Of a DNA stretch of 64,000 bases, positions 28,876 to 35,819 are shown one piece after another. This DNA is from a virus (Duplodnaviria; Caudoviricetes), in IMG/VR virus record IMGVR_UViG_3300020045_008916, positions 1 through 64,000 of that record. One strand, given 5' to 3'. The position numbers and the translations under genes were made by a program. Each line of letters opens with the position of its first letter. Position 1 is the stretch's first letter. The notes beneath the pieces are model-generated. The model was not told where the DNA came from. It made no database searches and was given only the letters and a program-made list of their open reading frames with translations.

Positions 28876-29355
28876 TTAAATTCTCCCCGATGATAGTACA
28901 TTAATGGTAAAAGCTCTTTGGTTTTCTACAAACTCCCCTGTCTTTTGATGAGAAGCCGCCTGTGCTATAACCTCAATCAAAATCAACTCTCTTTCTAAGT
29001 GCCAGTCCTCAGGCAGTTCCGCACACTGTGCAAACGCTACACGTGCCTCGCTCATGTACTCAAAATCTTCGTTTAATTCTAAGTGCTTAGCATCGTGCCA
29101 AGCTCTGAATAGTATGTTTATATAGGGGTCTCCGAAAATTGTATTATCGCAATGGTCTCCCGATATAGGCATGTATCCGTGTTTTTTGGTGGCTTTTTTG
29201 AACTCTTCAAAGGACATTTCTTCTCCACACTCTACAGTGAATTTTAAATTATTTGTTCTGTTGACAATCCAGTCGTTCAACCTTTGACTGAATGGTGTAC
29301 TAGCTTTTAACCTTAATAGCTGTTCGATTGAGTACCCGTTTTTGTTGTTTTCCAT
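28876..29355 (-). CDS. Conserved phage protein with an N..FRAWHD..H motif (putative metal-binding)
   Basis: NILFRAWHDAKHL...F...E.RVA; gene directly downstream of the twister ribozyme. Confidence 0.65.
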   Translation of the reverse strand: MENNKNGYSIEQLLRLKASTPFSQRLNDWIVNRTNNLKFTVECGEEMSFEEFKKATKKHGYMPISGDHCDNTIFGDPYINILFRAWHDAKHLELNEDFEYMSEARVAFAQCAELPEDWHLERELILIEVIAQAASHQKTGEFVENQRAFTINVLSSGRI

Positions 29356-29365
29356 TTCGTGATTT

Positions 29366-29444
29366 GTTTTAGTACTCTGTGTTTTACAGGCTTGTAACCG
29401 TCTTTGGCCACATTGCTAGGTGCTTTTCAGGTTAAGCACCAAAC
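29366..29444 (-). ncRNA. Twister ribozyme, type P1
   Basis: Minus strand: UAG-CAA-UGUG-GC-CAAAG-ACGG-UUACAAGC-CUGU-AAAA-CACA-GAGUA-CUA; P2, P4, T1 (UAC/GUA) and T2 (GC/GC) all pair; P1 is extended by GUUU/AAAC around an inserted 7-bp hairpin. Confidence 0.85.
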
Positions 29445-29452
29445 CGTCTACT

Positions 29453-29596
29453 CTAGTAGCTTGATAGGTTGAAAATAGTTCCGTTGATATGTGCCACAAC
29501 CAACATAGAGATGATAGTTGCCAAGAACAGGATGCCGCCAACGATAGCGCACTTCTCGTTTATAGGCTTTGACCTAAAATAGTGGATAGCTTTCAT
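29453..29596 (-). CDS. Small membrane protein (not in ORF track)
   Basis: MKAIHYFRSKPINEKCAIVGGILFLATIISMLVVAH... 47 aa, one TM. Confidence 0.55.
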   Translation of the reverse strand: MKAIHYFRSKPINEKCAIVGGILFLATIISMLVVAHINGTIFNLSSY

Positions 29597-29597
29597 T

Positions 29598-29945
29598 TTA
29601 ATCTTTGGTTAGGTCTACTTCAACAAGTTCTTTTATTTCCAACGTAATATGGTTAGCATATAGTTTTCTTTGACCACGCTCCCACAAATCTAAAGCGGTA
29701 GCTCTCGGCTGCTCGTTATGTTCATCCACCAAACACGATGTTTGAATGTTACCGTCTTCAACCTCACAGTTAGCAAAGTCCAAATTAAATCCAACGTGTT
29801 GAAAGTATTTGCCTATTGCATCTTTCCAGTTTTCAGCCTCTACAATTTCATCTAGCGTATAGGCGTTAACACTTTCTAATTGTTCGCCCTCTAAATAGAT
29901 GTCTTCATAAACATCGTGCATGGAAGTTATATAAAATCTTTTCAT
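29598..29945 (-). CDS. Hypothetical protein
   Basis: Likely start MKRFYITS at 29945. Confidence 0.6.
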   Translation of the reverse strand: MKRFYITSMHDVYEDIYLEGEQLESVNAYTLDEIVEAENWKDAIGKYFQHVGFNLDFANCEVEDGNIQTSCLVDEHNEQPRATALDLWERGQRKLYANHITLEIKELVEVDLTKD

Positions 29946-29949
29946 GTTG

Positions 29950-30318
29950 TTAGTTTTTATGTTTAGCAAATATTTCAATTATCTTAACATCTCTTCCACT
30001 CTTAGCGTAGTGGTTACGTCCATCATTAAATTGTACTACATTTTTATTGTAAAATCTCACACGGCTTCTGTTGACTAACAAATCCTTAACCAGTGGGTTT
30101 TCAAAAATGGAAACTTGTACAGCTTCTTTTCTTTTAGCCCTTAATTTTTTCTTAGTACGAATTTCATCTATGTTAATAGTTAGCCTTAATTTTGCTATTT
30201 CTGATTTAATTTCACGGCTTAATTTAAACCGCATATCTAGTTTTGGCAGTCGCCCACATAAGACAAACGCTGTCGATGTTACGGCTTTTATTGCAATTAG
30301 CTTTGCTTTCTTATTCAT
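29950..30318 (-). CDS. Basic hypothetical protein
   Basis: Lys/Arg-rich ORF. Confidence 0.55.
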   Translation of the reverse strand: MNKKAKLIAIKAVTSTAFVLCGRLPKLDMRFKLSREIKSEIAKLRLTINIDEIRTKKKLRAKRKEAVQVSIFENPLVKDLLVNRSRVRFYNKNVVQFNDGRNHYAKSGRDVKIIEIFAKHKN

Positions 30319-30319
30319 G

Positions 30320-30436
30320 TTACAAAAGTTTAGGGTTTTTAATTGAGGGGATAAAATCGTTTTCCATCCATTCGACGAACAACAACCAGCGTTTAGCTTG
30401 GCGTGTTTTATATCTTCTTAGCGTGTTGGTTTTCAT
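30320..30436 (-). CDS. Small hypothetical peptide (not in ORF track)
   Basis: MKTNTLRRYKTRQAKRWLLFVEWMENDFIPSIKNPKLL, fills the gap exactly. Confidence 0.45.
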   Translation of the reverse strand: MKTNTLRRYKTRQAKRWLLFVEWMENDFIPSIKNPKLL

Positions 30437-30438
30437 AT

Positions 30439-30825
30439 TTATAGGAATTTATGTTTAACTCTCTTTTTTGCTTCGCTGTAAAACTCCCCATCTTCATCTT
30501 CCAAGTCCATCAATACTATTTGCAATCCCTCCCGAGTGCCTCCATTATCAGCCCATTCTAATTGGTTAGGAGAATAGTCTTTGAAATACTCGTCTTCAAC
30601 ATCACCAACACCTACAGTTAAAAAGCTTAACAACGCTATAGAACTTTCTAAGCTATCCCACGAATGAAAAATAGAGGGTTTATAATCAGCCCCTTTAAAA
30701 AGCAACTTACCATCTACGTACATTTTATAAGCTACTTTATCACCACAATAGTAAGTGGTTAGGCTAATACCTAAATCTTTGATTTTAGTAGAGGCTAGTT
30801 TTTGCGTAAAATAGTTAGTTTTCAT
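30439..30825 (-). CDS. Hypothetical protein
   Basis: Coupled ORF. Confidence 0.6.
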   Translation of the reverse strand: MKTNYFTQKLASTKIKDLGISLTTYYCGDKVAYKMYVDGKLLFKGADYKPSIFHSWDSLESSIALLSFLTVGVGDVEDEYFKDYSPNQLEWADNGGTREGLQIVLMDLEDEDGEFYSEAKKRVKHKFL

Positions 30826-31037
30826 AGCTTTATGGTTTCTAAATCTCCTCTTAAAATCCTACCTAGATAGGCGGTTTTGCCCTCATCAACTAAAAATAAT
30901 AATCTACCTATCTGCTTTAAGTCTTTTTTGAAACGTCCGTTTAACAAGCCTTCAAATACGCTTGGTGCAAGAATGCTTTTATGAGTTTCTACTAAAGCAA
31001 GTAATTGCTCGTTTGTTGTTAAGATATACTGTTTCAT
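30822..31037 (-). CDS. Hypothetical protein whose start codon lies in hammerhead stem III
   Basis: ATG at 31037-31035 within GAAACAATG. Confidence 0.6.
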   Translation of the reverse strand: MKQYILTTNEQLLALVETHKSILAPSVFEGLLNGRFKKDLKQIGRLLFLVDEGKTAYLGRILRGDLETIKL

Positions 31038-31086
31038 TGTTTCGTTATTTTTAACTCATCAGGCTAGACACACATCTAGCGACAAT
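31036..31086 (-). ncRNA. Hammerhead ribozyme, type III
   Basis: AUUG-UC|GCUAGA-UGUGUG-UCUAGC-CUGAUGA-GUUA-AAAA-UAAC-GAAA-CAAU; complete core and three paired stems; predicted cut between 31081 and 31080. Confidence 0.92.
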
Positions 31087-31540
31087 TTATTTACCCAAAC
31101 TCGTTGCCTAGTCTTTGGGGGCTCGCAATACCTGTACACTTTTATCGGTGTTATGGCTCAAATAGTCCTGTTTATGTGACTAATGCGGATTTGTTTTTGT
31201 TTCGGGTTGGAGTATCTCTTAATTCCCTACATTACGTTTTAAAGTTGCTATGTAATATTTAACCTAATCGCTTTGCGACATTTCACAACGTCCTACTAAC
31301 TTTCGGGATAAAACCCATATTCAATTGGTAACAACTAATTTGTTTGACTTGACATTTAATAAGCCATTGAGTTTATTCTCAATCCACCATTTAGAGGACG
31401 TGGAAAACCTGCATCTTTTAAGTCCCTGCAAGACTTTTTAGAAAATGTAACAGTCGTCTATATAGACCTCTCTTTTGTATAGACTTATCCTTATTTCATG
31501 ATTTAGCCACTGTTACATTCTTGTTGGTTACTTTCAACAC
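31087..31540 (-). ncRNA. Candidate ~455-nt structured non-coding RNA
   Basis: No ORF longer than about 11 codons on the minus strand; own promoter at 31543-31574; hairpins include AAUGUAACAGU/ACUGUUACAUU, AUUGAG/CUCAAU and GACGUU-GUGA-AAUGUC. Confidence 0.5.
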
Positions 31541-31542
31541 TT

Positions 31543-31574
31543 CAAAGGTAAGTATAAGATTTGGTATTTGCAAG
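31543..31574 (-). promoter_or_regulatory. Early-class Bacteroidota promoter
   Basis: CTTG-20 nt-TACCTTTG. Confidence 0.75.
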
Positions 31575-31749
31575 GGTTATTTTAAAATACTTGTATCATT
31601 GCTTTATTTGTGTGCTAGCTTGTAATTTGATAAGTGCTAACCTACTTTAAAGTTTTAGGTTCAAAGCCTCTTAATCATACTGCAAGCGTAACTTACTAAT
31701 TGGCGTGTATTGAACACTAATATATTTTAAACTCTATACAAAGAACTAT

Positions 31750-31814
31750 CTTTTGCTTAACTCATCAGAATAGGCTCAAAAGCTACCTATTGACGGCTGT
31801 TAGACCGTTTCGTT
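31750..31814 (-). ncRNA. Hammerhead ribozyme, type II, with pseudoknot
   Basis: AAC-GAAA-CGG-ucuaacag-CCG-UC|AAUAGG-uagCUUUUGag-CCUAUU-CUGAUGA-GUU-aag-CAAAAG; loop I CUUUUG pairs 6/6 with the 3' tail CAAAAG; predicted cut between 31792 and 31791. Confidence 0.92.
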
Positions 31815-31817
31815 TTT

Positions 31818-32027
31818 TTACTTGTTTGCTTTGTGCATTTCTCTTTCGTGTGTTAAAACATCAGCACACCACCTTACTTTATTCATTAAGGCAGTAGAGT
31901 TACCAAAACCATATTCAAAACTATTACAACCCAAATATATGTCACCTATTACATTTTTTAATTCTGCTGATAATTTAGCGGCTTTTGCAAACTTTGCATC
32001 TAATTGTTTTACTGTAAGTGTTTTCAT
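31818..32027 (-). CDS. Small early protein
   Basis: Own promoter; stop codon lies 3 nt before the type II hammerhead. Confidence 0.65.
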   Translation of the reverse strand: MKTLTVKQLDAKFAKAAKLSAELKNVIGDIYLGCNSFEYGFGNSTALMNKVRWCADVLTHEREMHKANK

Positions 32028-32081
32028 AATGCTAATATTTTTAGTTTTAAGGTGATTTCCTGCTTGTCACTTCCGACATAA

Positions 32082-32113
32082 CAAAGGTGTGAATAATATT
32101 TGATATACACAAT
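32082..32113 (-). promoter_or_regulatory. Early-class promoter
   Basis: ATTG-20 nt-CACCTTTG. Confidence 0.6.
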
Positions 32114-32866
32114 AGCAAGACAAAAATAAATACAATAAAGTTTAATATAATTTGTAAAGTGCTGATAATGAGAGAGATTAATTTTATATAAGATTTAAGA
32201 TAAAGCGGGATAGCTATAAGGTAGTAGGATATTTTGAGCTAAAAGTTGTTAGCTAACCATATCACAGGATTTAAAGGATAAGAGCTAATTAGCTACTACC
32301 TATAGGTGAATAACAAAGAGTGACACAATGACACGTATAAGATGACACGATATGATAGTTTGTCATGCTATAATAAATTGACAGCTAACAGAATATACCG
32401 AGCGGTATAATTAGTGGATGCTAAAATTGTTAGCAAAGGATGGATGTTATCAGCTAACCTACTAATTTAAGAGATAAGTAATATATACTATAAGATAGAT
32501 AACAAGACATAGGAGATATAAGGGTAAACAGGGGAGAGAGCAAGAGAGCGTGTAACGTGTTGCGGGATATCGTGCGGATTAGGTTGTTATTGTGCCTCAG
32601 ATAAGCTGAAAGGGTGATTATAGACTAGATGGATAAGTGAGGGAATATTAAAAGCACAATAGTATTATACCCTCATCTCACAAACATCTATCTAAATCTC
32701 TTTCAAAATACCCTCAAATCAATACTTAGTGTATCAAAGTGCCTCTAATTAGCCTCAAATATCCCAATTAACAAAGTGCCTTTAAAGCATCGTGAATAAA
32801 CTATTCCTCTAGGGCAGAGACTTGAATATCAATCACCCCCTTAGTGTATTTAGAACCGATTGGACG

Positions 32867-32900
32867 TAAAAAAGCCCTTAACAATTGCTTGCAAGGGCTT
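32867..32900 (-). terminator. Intrinsic terminator of the small-membrane-protein operon
   Basis: AAGCCCTT...AAGGGCTT followed by a T run on the minus strand. Confidence 0.7.
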
Positions 32901-32923
32901 CAACCATTAATAGCTGTCAATAT

Positions 32924-33031
32924 TCAGCTCATCTGCTTTATCCAATATGCCATCAGCACACACAAGATAAAGAAAGCTAACATAGCTAAATCAAATTGCT
33001 TTGGGTTTCTCGGGTTGCTAGCGTAGTTCAT
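32924..33031 (-). CDS. 35-aa membrane peptide (not in ORF track)
   Basis: MNYASNPRNPKQFDLAMLAFFILCVLMAYWIKQMS; ATGA overlap with the upstream gene. Confidence 0.5.
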   Translation of the reverse strand: MNYASNPRNPKQFDLAMLAFFILCVLMAYWIKQMS

Positions 33032-33183
33032 TTCAATAGGGTTATGTAAGCGATTGAATAAACAGCTAACAAAGCGACAGCTAAGCAGATTAGCACGGGT
33101 TTTAAACGTGACAAAGTGGCAGACAAGCCTCTGTACTTGTAGGTTGTGGCTAGAACTTCAAGGGTAAGTTTTAAATCTTTCAT
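33028..33183 (-). CDS. 51-aa membrane peptide (not in ORF track)
   Basis: MKDLKLTLEV...VLICLAVALLAVYSIAYITLLK. Confidence 0.55.
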   Translation of the reverse strand: MKDLKLTLEVLATTYKYRGLSATLSRLKPVLICLAVALLAVYSIAYITLLK

Positions 33184-33210
33184 TGTGATTATGTTTAAGG
33201 TTAAAGGGGT

Positions 33211-33342
33211 TTAGTAGCCCCCAAGAAATGTGATTTGAATATCTCCATTAGGTAGTTCGATAGCTTGGAATGTTACCCCGCTTTCGATGATGCCACTAAG
33301 CATCTCGCAAAATGTCTCGTTAGTTACTGTTAGTTGTTTCAT
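33211..33342 (-). CDS. 43-aa peptide (not in ORF track)
   Basis: MKQLTVTNETFCEMLSGIIESGVTFQAIELPNGDIQITFLGGY. Confidence 0.55.
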   Translation of the reverse strand: MKQLTVTNETFCEMLSGIIESGVTFQAIELPNGDIQITFLGGY

Positions 33343-33344
33343 AA

Positions 33345-33515
33345 CTATTTGCTGTTAGGTGAGAAGATAAAGAACACACTTGCAACGATAACGGCTAACA
33401 GCCCTGCAACGTAGTAGTTTGCAGGATTAACCGAGCTAACAGCAAATAAAGAGATGAGGCAAGCGAAAGCTAATGCTAAGAATGCGATTGAGATGATTTG
33501 GTGAGTAGTTTTCAT
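33345..33515 (-). CDS. Two-TM small membrane protein
   Basis: Likely start MKTTHQII at 33515, downstream of the promoter at 33563-33594. Confidence 0.6.
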   Translation of the reverse strand: MKTTHQIISIAFLALAFACLISLFAVSSVNPANYYVAGLLAVIVASVFFIFSPNSK

Positions 33516-33562
33516 AATGCTAATATTTTTAGTAAAAGCCGTAGCGTCATTGCTTGGCACTT

Positions 33563-33594
33563 CAAAGGTGCAAAATAGTATTGACATATGCAAG
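33563..33594 (-). promoter_or_regulatory. Early-class promoter
   Basis: CTTG-20 nt-CACCTTTG, followed by AAGTG as at 31543. Confidence 0.65.
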
Positions 33595-34107
33595 TGGCTA
33601 GTTGATATAGTGCAGATATTTCACGCTGTTAGTGTCACAATTACGTTACAAAAGAAATCAGCTAGCAATTTGCCCCATCACAGAGTGAAGCGGAGATATA
33701 GCCCAAAGGTATGAGCAACAAGCGATTTAGATAGCGAAGTGGTACAAGGGTACGTTTGCCACATCCGAAACGTTTGAGGGTAGCACCTTGAGATGAAAGA
33801 ATTGTTTTGGGATTGAAAGAGGGGGGAGGGGTGAAGGAGATTAAAAACCCGAGAGAGGGGGGTGATGAAGATGGGATGGGATAGACCCATGAAATCATAG
33901 ATATAATCCTGAAATCATATTCACGTTATTTCCCCCTAAAATTTTTAAATTTTCTGGCCTAAATTTTTCGAACTCCTTAGACGTACCCTTAAAAATCCTT
34001 TTAAAGATACCCAGCTGAGTAAGCCATCCAGAATAGAAAGATAATTGAAAATGTGATACTACCCTACACGAATTTTGGATAAAGAAGCTCTCACCATAGA
34101 AGTGGAA

Positions 34108-34150
34108 ATTGTTTATAACGCAAAAATCCCCGACTGTTAGGCCGAGGACT
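34108..34150 (-). terminator. Intrinsic terminator ending the middle-gene operon
   Basis: GTCCTCGGC-ctaaca-GTCGGGGAT followed by TTTT. Confidence 0.65.
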
Positions 34151-34153
34151 CTT

Positions 34154-34381
34154 TTAAATTGTTATTTCTTTTATAGTTTTTAACTTGTCTGGTTTCTGAC
34201 TTAAAATCCAATACTCTGCTAAGGCTGCTGTTTCAAAGACTAATACCTCAGACCAGCTGTCAAACATATCGGAATACTCCTGATACTGTCTCCACCAAAA
34301 TCCCATTACCTTCCTATAAACATGATATTCAACATTTTTTGTAGATACTGGTGGTGTTACCTGTACAATTTTAAATTTCAT
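34154..34381 (-). CDS. Hypothetical protein
   Basis: ORF in operon. Confidence 0.55.
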   Translation of the reverse strand: MKFKIVQVTPPVSTKNVEYHVYRKVMGFWWRQYQEYSDMFDSWSEVLVFETAALAEYWILSQKPDKLKTIKEITI

Positions 34382-34383
34382 AA

Positions 34384-34545
34384 TTACTTTACTAATACTG
34401 CGTAATATCCACTAAACGTAGGTAGATTGCCTCCACCCTCACGTGTTACCTCTAAGCCTAACTCCCTTAATTTTTCAACTATTTGGTAGAGCTCATGTCT
34501 TTTGTTTTCGGCCACTAGGATTTTGACCTCTATTTGATTTTCCAT
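34384..34545 (-). CDS. Small hypothetical protein (not in ORF track)
   Basis: MENQIEVKILVAENKRHELY... 53 aa fills the gap. Confidence 0.5.
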   Translation of the reverse strand: MENQIEVKILVAENKRHELYQIVEKLRELGLEVTREGGGNLPTFSGYYAVLVK

Positions 34546-34557
34546 TTTTTGGTGTAA

Positions 34558-35040
34558 TTAATAATTTGAGTGTAAATAGTCTAAGAAATAATCTGCTGCG
34601 GTATTCTCGTAGTTACTCTCTTTGGTTAATTCTTTTAATCTCTTTTGAAAGTCAAAACAAATATCATCACAACCTAAGGTTTCAGGCACATCCCAAACAA
34701 TAGCTACAAAACGAGAGCCTATTCTATTATGCTGGTACAGTCCGTGAAGCTTATTTCCATCAAACCTGATAATATCTCCTGATTGAATAACCATCTCACA
34801 GAACTCATGGTTAAAAGATAAACCTCCGTCTGCAACCAGTACGAGCATTACAGTATCCTTGCCTTTAACAGTACCATCGGTATGTAAGGGTACGTAGCCA
34901 TCAGATAAAACCAAATCTTCTCCTATTCGCATAATATTGATACTTTCAAGATTAGATAATTTTACGTTCCTGTAATACTCTTTCAGCTTTTTTGGGATAA
35001 CTATATCACGAAATCGCCATTGGTAAACTTTCTTACTCAT
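34558..35040 (-). CDS. 2OG-Fe(II) oxygenase superfamily protein
   Basis: VPLHTDG (HxD) and GDIIRFDGNKLHG (distal His) motifs. Confidence 0.65.
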   Translation of the reverse strand: MSKKVYQWRFRDIVIPKKLKEYYRNVKLSNLESINIMRIGEDLVLSDGYVPLHTDGTVKGKDTVMLVLVADGGLSFNHEFCEMVIQSGDIIRFDGNKLHGLYQHNRIGSRFVAIVWDVPETLGCDDICFDFQKRLKELTKESNYENTAADYFLDYLHSNY

Positions 35041-35041
35041 T

Positions 35042-35239
35042 CTACTTAGAGTTTAGCTCAATTCTGTTTGCCAAAATGTCACTATATTCCGACATAACAA
35101 CTTCTTGGTTAAAGAGGAGTTCTCTGTTTTGCGGTGATAAGTTTTTAAAAGCAGGAGTCTCTAAAAATTCAGTCAGCTTAGACAGTTTTGTATCCAGCTC
35201 TTTTTGCTCCTCTTGCAATCTTTCTAAAAATGTACTCAT
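35042..35239 (-). CDS. Conserved small phage protein (crAss001_48-like)
   Basis: FLERLQEEQKELDTKLSKL..F......F..L...RELL..Q...M..Y..IL..RI. Confidence 0.65.
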   Translation of the reverse strand: MSTFLERLQEEQKELDTKLSKLTEFLETPAFKNLSPQNRELLFNQEVVMSEYSDILANRIELNSK

Positions 35240-35625
35240 ATTTTATTGGTTAAGAGCCTATAAGAAAGCTCAAAGGTTAAAAAATAAACTGTTATAAAAA
35301 TTAGGAAGTTAGCTGCTAACATCAGCCCAATCGATAAACCAACTATCGGGAAAGCAGTAAAAGGTAGTAGGCACGTACAGAAAATCATCAAGGCCTTGAA
35401 CAAGTGCCAGCCATCCATGAACATCACAAAGACTGTACTGCTGCCCCAAAACTTCTCTCCCTGAGATTTGTCCCCATTTTTCCACTTATTTACCCAAGCG
35501 GTATCTTTTCGCCAGAACATCTGGTTCCAAGTCTTTATACGGCTCCCTAAAAAGAAAGGCTCAATCATTGTATCCATGCCAGCGGATAAAAGAGCTATTA
35601 CCATAATTAATAGGATAGCTGTCAT
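35236..35625 (-). CDS. Membrane protein
   Basis: Three hydrophobic segments; DGWHLFK motif. Confidence 0.6.
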   Translation of the reverse strand: MTAILLIMVIALLSAGMDTMIEPFFLGSRIKTWNQMFWRKDTAWVNKWKNGDKSQGEKFWGSSTVFVMFMDGWHLFKALMIFCTCLLPFTAFPIVGLSIGLMLAANFLIFITVYFLTFELSYRLLTNKI

Positions 35626-35819
35626 AGTGCGGTCATTCCTTTAATAAACACTTTCAAATCCTCAAGACTGTAAATCTGTGCAATAAACATTCTTCCAAAA
35701 TCGTGGTACTCAAATCTGATTGTTCCTTCTACGTCTACAGTAATCTCATCTGTAATATTGTAGTAGCCATTTTCGTAAGTTGGGAGACCTAACTCCTCAA
35801 GCATTCCTTCTGTTATCAT
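35622..35819 (-). CDS. Hypothetical protein
   Basis: Coupled ORF. Confidence 0.5.
   Translation of the reverse strand: MITEGMLEELGLPTYENGYYNITDEITVDVEGTIRFEYHDFGRMFIAQIYSLEDLKVFIKGMTAL

Noticed and set aside
31190-31320. Additional hammerheads at the two CCC-GAAA motifs, or a group I intron core at GGACUA
   Set aside because: No CUGANGA core precedes the stems and no matching UAGUC P7 partner was found
31340-31440. HDV-like ribozyme around UUCCACGU and GGCUUA on the minus strand
   Set aside because: An L3-like loop and a P4-like hairpin are present, but consistent P1 and P2 pairings could not be built
33662-33898. ORFs across the G-rich tract (33662..33898, 33678..33890)
   Set aside because: Pro/Ser-biased translations of the low-complexity G/C run, with no promoter or initiation context
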